Shown here one piece after another: positions 38,991-48,452 of a DNA stretch of 64,000 nt. Every line of letters starts with the position of its first letter. The first letter of the stretch is position 1. The translations under genes and the position numbers were made by a program. Source of the stretch: Steroidobacteraceae bacterium (GTDB taxonomy: Bacteria > Pseudomonadota > Gammaproteobacteria > Steroidobacterales > Steroidobacteraceae); assembly GCA_025451275.1 (NCBI GenBank), contig JANWKR010000040.1:118-64117 (forward strand). Reading direction: 5' to 3'. Below the pieces are notes generated by a model. The model made no database searches. It was given only the letters and a program-made list of their open reading frames with translations, and was not told the origin of the DNA.

Positions 38991-40418
38991 ATGAACGCCG
39001 CCACGGGCCTCGTGGAAGTGCGCGTCCCGGACCTGGGCAACTTCAAGGACGTCGCCGTCATCGAGGTGCTGGTGAAGCCCGGCGACAGCGTCGGCGTGGA
39101 CACCCCGCTCGTGACCCTGGAATCGGACAAGGCGGCGATGGACGTGCCGTCGACCGCCAGCGGCGTCATCGAGAAGATCCACGCCACCAAGGGCGGGACG
39201 CTCAACAGCGGCGACCTGCTCGCGACGCTCCGGGCCGACGGCGCGGGCGCCCCGGCCGCAGCGGCGCCGGCGCCGGCGGCTGCTGCTGCGCCGCCTGCCA
39301 CTTCGCCCGCAGCCAGCGCGGCGCCCGCGGCGCGCCCGGCACCGCCACCGCAGGCAGCCCCGGCACCGCCGCCCGCGGCCGCGCCGCCGGCGGAGCGCTC
39401 CGGCGGCAAGCTCGTACCGCTGTCGCAGCTGGGCGTGCCGACCTCGTACCGCCAGGACCTCGCGCCCATCGACGAGCCGGGGTTCTCACGCGCCCATGCC
39501 GGGCCCTCGGTGCGCAGGTTTGCGCGCGAGCTCGGCGTGAACCTCGCCCAGGTCGCCGGCCACGGCTTCAAGGACCGCATCACCCACGAGGACGTCAAGG
39601 CGTTCGTCAAGCACGTCCTCGGCGGCGGCGCGCCCGCGGCGGGTGCCGCGGCCGGCGGCGCGGCGGCGCGCCCGGCGCTGCCGGAAGTGCCGCCGGTCGA
39701 TTTCGCGCAGTTCGGTCCGACCGCGCTCGAGCCGCTGTCGCGCATCCAGCGCATCTCCGGGTCACGCCTGCACGCCAGCTGGGTCAACATTCCGCACGTC
39801 ACGCAGTTCGACGAGGCCGACATCACCGAGCTCGAGCAGCTGCGCGCCAGCCTCAAGGACAAGGCGCAGGCCGCGGGCGTGAAGCTCACGCCGCTCGCCT
39901 TCATCATGCGCGCCTGCGTCAAGGCGCTGCAGGAGTTCCCGCGCTTCAACACCGCGCTCGCGCCCGACGGCGCCAATCTCATCGTGCGCAAGTACCTGCA
40001 CCTGGGCTTCGCCGCGGACACGCCCAACGGGCTCGTGGTGCCGGTGGTGCGCGACGCCGACCGCAAGGACATCTACGCGCTGGCGCGCGCGCTCGGCACG
40101 CTGGCGGACAAGGCGCGCCAGGGCAAGCTCGCGCCGGCGGACATGCAGGGCGGCTGCTTCACCATCTCGAGCCTGGGCGGCATCGGTGGCACGGCCTTTA
40201 CGCCCATCATCAACGCCCCCGAGGTGGCGATCCTCGGCGTCTCGCGCTCGAGCATGCGCCCGATCTACAAGGAAGGCGGCTTCGTGCCGCGACTGATGCT
40301 GCCGCTGTCCCTGTCGTACGATCACCGCGTCATCGACGGGGCGATGGCGGCGCGCTTCACGACCTTCCTGGCGCACACGCTGGCGGAGGCGCGCGCCCTG
40401 CTCGAGGCGGTGCTGTGA
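38991..40418 (+). CDS. aceF: Dihydrolipoyllysine-residue acetyltransferase (PDH E2), single lipoyl domain
   Basis: About 475 aa. One lipoyl domain (TLESDKAAMDVP), an Ala/Pro linker, a subunit-binding domain (PSVRRFARELGVNL) and a catalytic domain with DHRVIDGA. Confidence 0.93.
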   Translation: MNAATGLVEVRVPDLGNFKDVAVIEVLVKPGDSVGVDTPLVTLESDKAAMDVPSTASGVIEKIHATKGGTLNSGDLLATLRADGAGAPAAAAPAPAAAAAPPATSPAASAAPAARPAPPPQAAPAPPPAAAPPAERSGGKLVPLSQLGVPTSYRQDLAPIDEPGFSRAHAGPSVRRFARELGVNLAQVAGHGFKDRITHEDVKAFVKHVLGGGAPAAGAAAGGAAARPALPEVPPVDFAQFGPTALEPLSRIQRISGSRLHASWVNIPHVTQFDEADITELEQLRASLKDKAQAAGVKLTPLAFIMRACVKALQEFPRFNTALAPDGANLIVRKYLHLGFAADTPNGLVVPVVRDADRKDIYALARALGTLADKARQGKLAPADMQGGCFTISSLGGIGGTAFTPIINAPEVAILGVSRSSMRPIYKEGGFVPRLMLPLSLSYDHRVIDGAMAARFTTFLAHTLAEARALLEAVL

Positions 40419-42199
40419 GCCGCGTGGATCTCACGATCCCCGACATCGGCAACTTCAGCGACGTGGCCGTGGTCGAGGTGCTGGTCAAGACCGGCGACGT
40501 CATCGAGGTCGATACCCCACTGGTCACGCTCGAGACCGACAAGGCGTCGATGGACGTGCCGGCGACCGCCGCCGGCAAGGTCACCGAGGTGCTGCTCAAG
40601 CGCGGTGACAAGGTCGCCAAAGGCTCGCTCATTGCGCGGCTCGAGTCCGGCGACGCGGCAGCCGCGGCGGCCCCACCGGCGAGCGAGGCGCCTGCACCGC
40701 CGCCGCCACCCGCGGCGCGCACCGAGACCGCCGGCGACACGGTCCGTATGCCGGCGGCGGCCGGCGGCAGCGCCGCGCGCGCCGGCGAGGACTTCAATCG
40801 CAGCACCCAGCTGCTGGTACTCGGCTCCGGGCCGGGCGGCTACACCGCCGCATTCCGCGCCGCCGATCTCGGGCTCAAGGTGACGCTGGTGGAGCGGTGG
40901 CAGGAGCTCGGTGGCGTGTGCCTGAACGTCGGCTGCATTCCCTCGAAGGCACTGCTGCACGCCGCCAAGGTCATCGAGGACGCCGCGGAGATGAGCGAAC
41001 GCGGCATCGCCTTCGGTGAGCCGCGCATCGACCGGTCCAAGCTGCGTGCGTGGAAGGCCGCCGTGGTCGCCAAGCTCACCGGCGGGCTGAGGGTGCTGGC
41101 GCGGCAGCGCAAGGTCGAGGTGGTGCGCGGCACGGGGCGCTTCGTCAGTCCCAACGTCATCGAGGTCATGGGGGCGAGCGGCTCCGAGCGCATCCGCTTC
41201 GACCAGTGCATCATCGCCGCCGGCTCGGAAGCGGTGCGGCTGCCCGGACTGGCGGATGATCCGCGCATCCTCGACTCCAGCAGCGCGCTGGAGCTGCCGG
41301 AATTCTCCGGCGGACTGCTGGTGGTCGGCGGCGGCATCATCGGACTCGAGATGGCGTGTGTGTACGACGCCCTCGGTGCCAAGGTCAGCGTGGTTGAGCT
41401 CACCGGGCAGCTGATGCCGGGCTGCGATCCTGACCTGGTGCGTCCGCTCGAGCGCCGCATCCGGTCGCGCTACGAGCAGATCCTCCTCAACACCAGGGTC
41501 GCCGCGGTCGAGGCACAATCCGCCGGCCTGCGCGTCAGCTTCGGTGGCGACAAGGCGCCGGCCGCGCAGGTGTTCGAGCGGGTGCTGGTGGCGGTCGGTC
41601 GGGTGCCCAACGGCAAGACCATCGGCGCGGAGCTCGCCGGGGTCAAGGTGTCCGAGCGCGGCTTCATTCCGGTCGACAAGCAGATGCGCACCAATGTGGC
41701 GCACATCTTCGCCATCGGCGACATCGCCACACCGCCACTGCTGGCGCACAAGGCGATGCACGAAGGCAAGGTGGCCGCCGAAGTGGCGGCAGGTCAGAAG
41801 CGTGCGGCCGACTGGCGCGTCATCCCCTCGGTCGCCTATACCGATCCCGAGGTGGCCTGGGTGGGGCTCACCGAGAGCGAGGCGCGTGCCGCCGGCACCG
41901 CGTTCAAGAAGGGGGCCTTCCCGTGGGTGGCCAACGGCCGTTCGCTGTCCCTCGGCCGCGAGGAAGGCTTCACCAAGCTGCTGTTCGATCCTGACAGCCA
42001 CCGCCTGCTCGGCGGCGGCATCGTCGGCAGCAACGCCGGGGAGCTGATCAGCGAGGTGGCGCTGGCGATCGAGAACGGCTGCGACGCGGCCGACATCGGC
42101 CTCACCATCCATCCGCATCCCACCCTCAGCGAGACGGTGGCCGGGGCGGCCGAGGCCTTCGAGGGCACGCTCACCGACCTCTACATCCCGAAGAAATAA
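40415..42199 (+). CDS. lpdA: Dihydrolipoyl dehydrogenase (E3) with N-terminal lipoyl domain
   Basis: 594 aa. N-terminal lipoyl domain (TLETDKASMDVP), Ala/Pro linker, FAD fold LVLGSGPGGYTAA, redox disulfide GGVCLNVGCIPSK, C-terminal HPHPTLSE. GTG overlaps the aceF stop. Confidence 0.93.
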   Translation: MSRVDLTIPDIGNFSDVAVVEVLVKTGDVIEVDTPLVTLETDKASMDVPATAAGKVTEVLLKRGDKVAKGSLIARLESGDAAAAAAPPASEAPAPPPPPAARTETAGDTVRMPAAAGGSAARAGEDFNRSTQLLVLGSGPGGYTAAFRAADLGLKVTLVERWQELGGVCLNVGCIPSKALLHAAKVIEDAAEMSERGIAFGEPRIDRSKLRAWKAAVVAKLTGGLRVLARQRKVEVVRGTGRFVSPNVIEVMGASGSERIRFDQCIIAAGSEAVRLPGLADDPRILDSSSALELPEFSGGLLVVGGGIIGLEMACVYDALGAKVSVVELTGQLMPGCDPDLVRPLERRIRSRYEQILLNTRVAAVEAQSAGLRVSFGGDKAPAAQVFERVLVAVGRVPNGKTIGAELAGVKVSERGFIPVDKQMRTNVAHIFAIGDIATPPLLAHKAMHEGKVAAEVAAGQKRAADWRVIPSVAYTDPEVAWVGLTESEARAAGTAFKKGAFPWVANGRSLSLGREEGFTKLLFDPDSHRLLGGGIVGSNAGELISEVALAIENGCDAADIGLTIHPHPTLSETVAGAAEAFEGTLTDLYIPKK

Positions 42200-42288
42200 C
42201 ACGCGCCTTGGCCGGCGCGGCGGCGATGCCGTAGGATCTGAGCCGCCGGAGATGGCATTCCTCCGCGAACCGCCCTGAGGCTGATGAT

Positions 42289-42320
42289 GCCTACCAACGC
42301 GCAAGCCGCGTGAGGTAGGC
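42289..42320 (+). promoter_or_regulatory. Leader hairpin covering the Shine-Dalgarno region of the antiporter gene
   Basis: GCCTACC-A-ACGCG-CAAGC-CGCGT-GA-GGTAGGC (7+5 bp). The 3' arm ends 1 nt before ATG 42322 and includes part of the GAGG SD. Confidence 0.3.
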
Positions 42321-42321
42321 C

Positions 42322-43518
42322 ATGACGGACATTTACAGCCTCGCTACTCTCTGGCTCGGCCTCGCCCTGGTGGCGACGCTCCTGTCCATCTGGCTGCGCA
42401 TCGCCACGGCGATGTCGGAAATCATCATCGGCACGGTGGCGCAGCTGCTCATCGGCGCCGCACTGGGCGGGGCGGTACTGGGCGCCGACCAGTCGTGGAT
42501 CAAGTTCCTCGCCAGTACCGGCGCGGTGGTGCTCACCTTCCTCGCCGGCGCCGAGCTCGATCCCCAGGTGATGCGGCGCGAGTGGCGGCAGGCGACCGTC
42601 ATCGGCCTGGTCGCCTTCACGGCCCCGTTCCTCGGCTGCGCGGCGGTGGCGCGCTGGCTGATCGGCTGGAGCCCCGCCGCCAGCTGGCTGGCCGGCATCG
42701 CGCTGTCCACGACTTCGGTCGCGGTCGTGTACGCCGTGATGCTCGAGTCGGGGCTCAACCGCACCGACTACGGCAAGGTGGTGCTGGCGGCGTGCTTCGT
42801 CAACGATCTCGCCACGGTGCTGGCGCTCGGCTTCAAGTTCTCGCCCTTCACCCTGCGCACGCTGGTGTTCGCCGGCGGCTGCACCGCGGCGTTCTTCGTC
42901 ATGCCGTGGCTGGTGCCGCGTTTCTTCCGCCGCTTCGGCGGCCGTCCCTCGGAGCTCGAGGCGAAGCTGCTGCTGCTGGCGATGTTCGGGCTCGGGGCAC
43001 TGGCCCTGTGGGCGGGCAGCGAGCCGGTGCTGCCGGCGTACGTGCTCGGCATGATCCTCGCCGGCACCGTCGGCCGCGATCATGAGCTGGTGCGGCGGCT
43101 GCGCACGCTGACCTTCGGCCTGCTGACGCCGTTCTACTTCATCCGCGCCGGCGCCTTCGTCTCGGTGCCGGCGCTCGTCTCCGGCGCCGGCGTGCTCGCC
43201 CTGCTGCTCGGGGCCAAGATGCTGACCAAGTTCGCCGGGGTGTACCCGGTCACGCGGCTGTTCCGCGCGCCGCGGCGCGAGGCCCTGTATACGACGCTCC
43301 TCATGTCCACCGGCCTGACCTTCGGCAGCATCGCATCCCTCTTCGGCCTCAGCCACGGCATCATCACGCAGCAGCAGTACTCGTACCTGATCGCCGCCGT
43401 GATCGGCAGCGCCATCGTGCCGACGCTCATCGCCAACGGGTTCTTCCTGCCGCGCCACCTGCTGCCGCCCCCGGCGACGGCGCCGCGCGCCGCCGCGCAG
43501 CCCGTGCGCGAGACGTGA
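42322..43518 (+). CDS. Cation:proton antiporter (CPA1/CPA2, Na+/H+ exchanger family)
   Basis: 398 aa, about 11-12 TM. N-terminus LWLGLALVATLLSIWLRIATAMSEIIIGTVAQ is typical of Na_H_Exchanger proteins. No C-terminal TrkA/KTN domain. Confidence 0.8.
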   Translation: MTDIYSLATLWLGLALVATLLSIWLRIATAMSEIIIGTVAQLLIGAALGGAVLGADQSWIKFLASTGAVVLTFLAGAELDPQVMRREWRQATVIGLVAFTAPFLGCAAVARWLIGWSPAASWLAGIALSTTSVAVVYAVMLESGLNRTDYGKVVLAACFVNDLATVLALGFKFSPFTLRTLVFAGGCTAAFFVMPWLVPRFFRRFGGRPSELEAKLLLLAMFGLGALALWAGSEPVLPAYVLGMILAGTVGRDHELVRRLRTLTFGLLTPFYFIRAGAFVSVPALVSGAGVLALLLGAKMLTKFAGVYPVTRLFRAPRREALYTTLLMSTGLTFGSIASLFGLSHGIITQQQYSYLIAAVIGSAIVPTLIANGFFLPRHLLPPPATAPRAAAQPVRET

Positions 43519-43537
43519 CCCGGCCGTTCGTGCCGTA

Positions 43538-43963
43538 CTACAGGCGGCGCAGACGCTCCAGGTAGGCCGGCTCGTCCGGCAGGCGCGCGTCGCGCTGCGC
43601 CTCCCACAGCGTCTCGGCGAGCGGCTCGAGCATGGCGTGCTCGGCTGCGTGCGCACCGCCCAGGCGCTGACTGAGCGCCGCGTGCAGCTGCGCGATGCCG
43701 GCGGGACGGTCGGTCGCCACCTGCTCGCGGATCGCCAGGTGCAGCCCCATGTGCAGGAAGGGATTGGCGCGCCCACCTTCAGGCCGGAACTCGGCCGCCA
43801 GCGCCTCCTCGCCCGATTCGAGCCAGGCGATGTACTCCGGGTGCTCGGCGATGACCGCCGCCAGCTGCGCCTCGAGCGGCTCGAGCGGCGCCCGCGCGCT
43901 GAACTTGCGCCATGCCTCGAGGTAGCGTCGGCGCAGCTGCTCACGGCCCTCGGCGGCAAACAT
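43538..43963 (-). CDS. DUF1841-family protein
   Basis: 141 aa. Motif NPFLHMGLHLAIREQVATDRPAGI is characteristic of DUF1841. Confidence 0.65.
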   Translation of the reverse strand: MFAAEGREQLRRRYLEAWRKFSARAPLEPLEAQLAAVIAEHPEYIAWLESGEEALAAEFRPEGGRANPFLHMGLHLAIREQVATDRPAGIAQLHAALSQRLGGAHAAEHAMLEPLAETLWEAQRDARLPDEPAYLERLRRL

Positions 43964-43976
43964 CGGTACGCTCTGC

Positions 43977-44675
43977 TCAGGCGCGGGCGCGGCGGCCGGG
44001 GCGCCGTGCGGGACGCATGGGGCGCGCCTTGCGCTGCACGCGCGCCGGCGTCTTGGCTGGATACTCGCACAGGTCGCGGATGATGCAGGTGGGGCAGGCC
44101 GGGGAGCGTGCCGTGCACACGTAGCGGCCGTGCAGCAGCAGCCAGTGGTGCGCGTCCTTGCGAAATTCCGGCGGCGTGTTGGCGACGAGGCCCGCCTCGA
44201 CCGCGAGCGGCGTGCGCCCGGGGGCCAGCCCGGTACGGTTGGCGACGCGGAAGATGTGCGTATCGACGGCGATTTCCACCTGGCCGAACACCATGTTGAG
44301 GATGATGCTCGCCGTCTTGCGCCCGACCCCGGGCAGCGCCTCGAGCGCGGCGCGCTCGGCCGGCACCGCCCCGCCGTGCCGATCCAGGATCTGCTGCGCG
44401 AGGCCGACGAGGTTCTTGGCCTTGGTGTTGTAGAGCCCGACGCTCTTGATGTAGGGCTTCACCCCCTCGACGCCGAGCGCGGCGATGGCGGCCGGCGTGT
44501 TGGCGACGGGGAACAGCACGCGGGTGGCGGCGTTGACGCTCTTGTCGGTGGTGTGCGCCGAGAGCATGACCGCCACCAGCAGCTCGAAGGGTGAGGTGTG
44601 CAGCAGTTCGGTCGTCGGGGCGGGGTTGGCGGCCTGCAGCCGCCGGAAGATCGCCCTGCGGGTGGCGGGATGCAT
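43977..44675 (-). CDS. nth: Endonuclease III
   Basis: 232 aa. HhH-GPD motif LPGVGRKTASIILN...VDTHIFRV and a 4Fe-4S loop CTARSPACPTCIIRDLC (C-X6-C-X2-C-X5-C). Confidence 0.93.
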   Translation of the reverse strand: MHPATRRAIFRRLQAANPAPTTELLHTSPFELLVAVMLSAHTTDKSVNAATRVLFPVANTPAAIAALGVEGVKPYIKSVGLYNTKAKNLVGLAQQILDRHGGAVPAERAALEALPGVGRKTASIILNMVFGQVEIAVDTHIFRVANRTGLAPGRTPLAVEAGLVANTPPEFRKDAHHWLLLHGRYVCTARSPACPTCIIRDLCEYPAKTPARVQRKARPMRPARRPGRRARA

Positions 44676-44678
44676 CGG

Positions 44679-45221
44679 CTAGCCCGGCGTCCCGGCCTGC
44701 TTGCGCTCACTGAGCAGCGCCGCGCGGCGCGCGGCGCGCTCGCCGAGGCGCCGGTTGCGCGCCGCATAGCGGCTGCGGTTGTCGGCCGGGGCCGGCGCTG
44801 CGAGCGGCGGCGCAAGCGCCGCGCGCGGCACCAGGGTGATGCAGTCGACCGGACACGGCGCGACGCACAGCTCGCAGCCGGTGCACAGCGCCAGCACCAC
44901 GGTGTGCATCTGCTTCTGCGCCCCGATGATGGCGTCGACCGGGCACGGCGGCAGGCACTTGGCGCAGCCGATGCAGGCGGCCTCGTCGATCTGCGCCACG
45001 AGCACAGGACCTGCAGCGCCGCACTCCGGGTCGAGCGGCTGCAGCGGCTGCCCGAGCAGGCGCGCGAGCGCGGCGATGGTGTCCGCGCCCCCCGGCGGAC
45101 AGCGGTTGAGGTCAGCCGCGCCCGCGGCCAGCGCTTCCGCGTACGGGCGGCAGCCCGGGTAGCCGCAGCGCGTGCACTGCGTCTGGGGCAGCAGGGCGTC
45201 GATCTGGTCCGCGGTGTGCAT
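44679..45221 (-). CDS. RnfB/RsxB-like Fe-S ferredoxin (stand-alone, no N-terminal TM)
   Basis: 180 aa. N-terminal Cys cluster CTRCGYPGC...C plus two 4Fe-4S motifs [12 protein letters not shown] and [12 protein letters not shown]. Immediately upstream of nth, as in rsx-nth operons. Confidence 0.8.
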   Translation of the reverse strand: MHTADQIDALLPQTQCTRCGYPGCRPYAEALAAGAADLNRCPPGGADTIAALARLLGQPLQPLDPECGAAGPVLVAQIDEAACIGCAKCLPPCPVDAIIGAQKQMHTVVLALCTGCELCVAPCPVDCITLVPRAALAPPLAAPAPADNRSRYAARNRRLGERAARRAALLSERKQAGTPG

Positions 45222-45244
45222 GGGTGCGCCGCGCGTGGCGGTGG

Positions 45245-47326
45245 TCAGCTGACCTTCATGCCGGGGGTGGCGCCGGCGTCAGCCGTCAGCAGGAACAGCC
45301 CCGGCGTCTCGCCGCTGGCCGCGAGCACCATGCCCTGCGAGACGCCGAATTTCATCTTGCGTGGCGCGAGGTTGGCGACCACCACCGTCAGTCGCCCCTT
45401 GAGTGCGGCCGGCTCGTAGGCTGACTTGATGCCGGCGAACACGGTGCGGGTATCCGAGCCGAGATCGAGCGTCAGCTTCAGCAGCTTGTCGGCTCCGGCG
45501 ACCGTCTCGGCCTCGACGATGCGGGCGACGCGCAGGTCGATGCGCTTGAACTCGTCGATGGAAATCTGCGCGACGGCGCCCGCAGCGGCCACCCCGGCCG
45601 GCGCAGCAGCGCTCGCGGCGCGCGGCACGGGCGGTGGCGCGGCGGGCGGCTCCGCCTCGAAGAGCGCATCGAGCATCTTGGCGTCGACGCGGGTCATCAG
45701 GTGCTGGTAGGGGTTGATGCGCTCGGGCAGGGAGGCGGCATCGCTCCAGGCGAAGCGGCGCTCGAGACCGAACAGCTCCAGCGCCACGTGCGCGGCCAGG
45801 TGCGGCAGCACCGGCGCCAGCAGCACCGACAGCAGCTTGAAGCCGTGCAGGGCGCGCGAGCACACGTCCTGCAGCTCCGCGGCGCGCGCCGGGTCCTTGG
45901 CCAGCACCCAGGGCTGGCGCGCGTCAAAGTCGTGATTGATGCGGTCGGCGAGTGCCATGATGTCGCGCATGGCCTTGCCGAACTCGCGGTTCTCGTAGGC
46001 CTGCTGCACCTGGAAGGCGTGGGCCGCGGCGAGTGCCGCCAGCTGTTCGGTGTCGCCCTGGTAGGCGAGCTGACCGTTGAAGTGGCGCGTGATGAAGCTC
46101 GCGGCGCGGCTGGCGATGTTGACGTACTTGCCGACCAGGTCGCTGTTGACGCGCGCCACGAAGTCGTCGGGGTTGAAGTCGAGGTCCTCGACGTTGGCAT
46201 TGAGCTTGGCGGCGAGGTAGTAGCGCAGCCACTCGGCGTTCATGCCGAGTTCCAGATAACGCAGCGGACTGATGCCGGTGCCGCGCGACTTGGACAGTTT
46301 CTCGCCCGAGACGGTGAGGAAGCCGTGCACATAGACGTGGTCCGGAACCTTGTACGGGGGACCTGCGAACTTGAGCATCGCCGGCCAGAACAGGTTGTGG
46401 AAGTAGATGATGTCCTTGCCGATGAAGTGGATCTGCTCGGTATCGGCCGCGGCCAGGAACTCCGTGAAGGTGCGTCGCTCGCCGTTGGCGCGTGCCTTGC
46501 CGCTGTCGAAGTAGCTCTGCAGCGCTGCGAGGTAGCCGATCGGCGCATCCAGCCACACGTAGAAGTACTTGCCGGGCGCATCCGGGATCGGGATACCGAA
46601 GTAGGGCGCATCGCGCGAGATGTCCCAGTCGCCGAGCGCCTGCTCGCCGCTGCCGGTGAGCCACTCGCGCGCCTTGTTGACGACCTGCGGCTGCAGCCGC
46701 CCGGGGGTATCGAGCCACTCCTTGAGAAACGCCACGCACTTCGGGTCCGACAGGCGGAAGAAGAAGTGCTCGGAGGCCTTCAGCACCGGCTGGGCGCCGC
46801 TGAGCGTCGAGTACGGGTTGATGAGGTCGGTCGGCGCATACACCGTGCTGCACACCTCGCACGCGTCCCCGTACTGATCGGGCGAGTGGCAGTTCGGACA
46901 CTCGCCCTTGATGTAGCGGTCGGCGAGGAACATGCCCTTGACCGGATCGTAGAACTGCTCGATCGACTTGCGGTACACCAGCCCGGCGGCGACCAGCCGC
47001 GCGTACACGTCCTGTGACAGCTGCGTGTTCTCGGGCGAGTCGGTCGAGTGCCAGTGATCGAAGCTGAGGTGAAAGCCCTCGAGATACGGGCGGCGGCCGG
47101 CGGCGATGCGCGTCACCAGCTGCTGCGGCGTCACGCCTTCGCTCTCGGCCTTGAGCATGATGGGCGCGCCATGCGCGTCGTCGGCGCACACGAAGTGCAG
47201 CTGGTGGCCCTGCATTCTCTGGAAGCGCACCCAGATGTCGGCCTGGATGTACTCCATGATGTGGCCGATGTGCAGCGGGCCGTTGGCGTAGGGCAGCGCC
47301 GTGGTGACGAAGATCTTGCGGGTCAT
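45245..47326 (-). CDS. metG: Methionine--tRNA ligase
   Basis: 693 aa. HIGH ([15 protein letters not shown]), KMSKS variant KLSKSRG, Zn knuckles [17 protein letters not shown], and a C-terminal tRNA-binding domain [11 protein letters not shown]...[10 protein letters not shown]. Confidence 0.95.
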   Translation of the reverse strand: MTRKIFVTTALPYANGPLHIGHIMEYIQADIWVRFQRMQGHQLHFVCADDAHGAPIMLKAESEGVTPQQLVTRIAAGRRPYLEGFHLSFDHWHSTDSPENTQLSQDVYARLVAAGLVYRKSIEQFYDPVKGMFLADRYIKGECPNCHSPDQYGDACEVCSTVYAPTDLINPYSTLSGAQPVLKASEHFFFRLSDPKCVAFLKEWLDTPGRLQPQVVNKAREWLTGSGEQALGDWDISRDAPYFGIPIPDAPGKYFYVWLDAPIGYLAALQSYFDSGKARANGERRTFTEFLAAADTEQIHFIGKDIIYFHNLFWPAMLKFAGPPYKVPDHVYVHGFLTVSGEKLSKSRGTGISPLRYLELGMNAEWLRYYLAAKLNANVEDLDFNPDDFVARVNSDLVGKYVNIASRAASFITRHFNGQLAYQGDTEQLAALAAAHAFQVQQAYENREFGKAMRDIMALADRINHDFDARQPWVLAKDPARAAELQDVCSRALHGFKLLSVLLAPVLPHLAAHVALELFGLERRFAWSDAASLPERINPYQHLMTRVDAKMLDALFEAEPPAAPPPVPRAASAAAPAGVAAAGAVAQISIDEFKRIDLRVARIVEAETVAGADKLLKLTLDLGSDTRTVFAGIKSAYEPAALKGRLTVVVANLAPRKMKFGVSQGMVLAASGETPGLFLLTADAGATPGMKVS

Positions 47327-47349
47327 CCGCCTTAGTTTACACAGCTTGG

Positions 47350-47369
47350 CGGCGGCGCTGGCGCCGCCG
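47350..47369 (-). terminator. GC hairpin between the second PilT-like gene and metG
   Basis: CGGCGGCGC-TG-GCGCCGCCG (up to 9 bp) inside the 54-nt spacer. No U-tract, so it could be a pause or attenuator site, or nothing. Confidence 0.25.
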
Positions 47370-47380
47370 GGCGCGCGGCC

Positions 47381-48442
47381 TCAGCCGGCGTCGCGGTACT
47401 CCTCGAACTTGTTCTTGTTGATGGCCTTCTTGAAGGCCTCTTTACCGCTGATCTGGCGTTGATTGAGCAGCTGCTCGATGGCGGAGTCCATGGTGCGCAT
47501 GCCGAACGCCCCGCCGGCCTGCATGGTGTTCTCGAGCTGATCGAGCTTGCCCTGACGGATGAGGTTGGAGGCCGCCGGGGTGTTCACCAGGATCTCCAGC
47601 GCGGCGACGCGCCCCTGCTTGTCGGCGCGCTGCAGCAGCTGCTGCGAGACCACCCCGCGCAGCGAGGTCGAGAGCATGGTGCGCACGTGCGACTGCTTGT
47701 CGGACGGGAATACGTTGACCATGCGGTCCACGGTCTGGGCCGCGCCGTTGGTGTGCAGCGTGCCCATGACCAGAATGCCCATCTCGGCCGCGGTCACCGC
47801 GATGCTCATGGTCTCCAGGTCGCGCAACTCGCCCACCAGGATGACGTCCGGATCCTCGCGCAGGGCTGAGTGCAGCGCGGCCGCAAAGCTCTGGCTGTGC
47901 ACGCCGATCTCGCGCTGGCTGATGAGACAGTTCTTGCGCTCGTGCACGAACTCGATCGGATCCTCGACCGTGAGGATGTGGCCCTTCACGCGGCGGTTGA
48001 TGTCATCGATCATGGCCGCGAGCGTCGTCGACTTGCCCGAGCCGGTCTTGCCGGTCACCAGGATCAGGCCGTTGTTGGCGCGGGACATCTGCCGCACCGC
48101 CTCGGGCATCTTCAGATCATCGAGGGTCAGCGCCTTGGAAGGGATGGCGCGGAACACCGCCCCCATGCCGTTCAGCTGGCGCATGACGTTGACGCGGAAG
48201 CGGCCGCGGCCCTCGAGCGTGTAGGCGAAGTCGGCGCCGTCCTTGGCCTCGAAGCGTTCGAGCGCCGCCTTGGGCATGATCTCGTACAGCGCCTGCTTGA
48301 CGGCCTCGGCCGCCAGCTTGTCGGGCCTGAGCGCCGACAGGTCGCCGTACAGGCGTATGCGCGGCGGGTCGCCGGAGATGAAATGCAGGTCCGAGCCGCG
48401 CTTCTCCAGCACCTCGATCAGGAGTGAGTCGACCTGCGGCAT
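47381..48442 (-). CDS. PilT-family hexameric ATPase, paralogue B (variant His box)
   Basis: 353 aa. Walker A GKTGSGKST, Asp/Walker B DPDVILVGELRD. The His-box region reads AEMGILVMGTLHT. The AIRNLIRE-equivalent is AASNLIRQGK. Confidence 0.85.
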   Translation of the reverse strand: MPQVDSLLIEVLEKRGSDLHFISGDPPRIRLYGDLSALRPDKLAAEAVKQALYEIMPKAALERFEAKDGADFAYTLEGRGRFRVNVMRQLNGMGAVFRAIPSKALTLDDLKMPEAVRQMSRANNGLILVTGKTGSGKSTTLAAMIDDINRRVKGHILTVEDPIEFVHERKNCLISQREIGVHSQSFAAALHSALREDPDVILVGELRDLETMSIAVTAAEMGILVMGTLHTNGAAQTVDRMVNVFPSDKQSHVRTMLSTSLRGVVSQQLLQRADKQGRVAALEILVNTPAASNLIRQGKLDQLENTMQAGGAFGMRTMDSAIEQLLNQRQISGKEAFKKAINKNKFEEYRDAG

Positions 48443-48452
48443 GCGTGCGGCT

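Noticed and set aside
39240-39400. GC-rich repetitive DNA (GCN/CCN runs), also at 40650-40760 and 60036-60248; considered as tandem repeats or a CRISPR-like array
   Set aside because: They are in-frame Ala/Pro linker codons of aceF, lpdA and ggt. There is no repeat-spacer periodicity. No CRISPR array was seen anywhere in the window.
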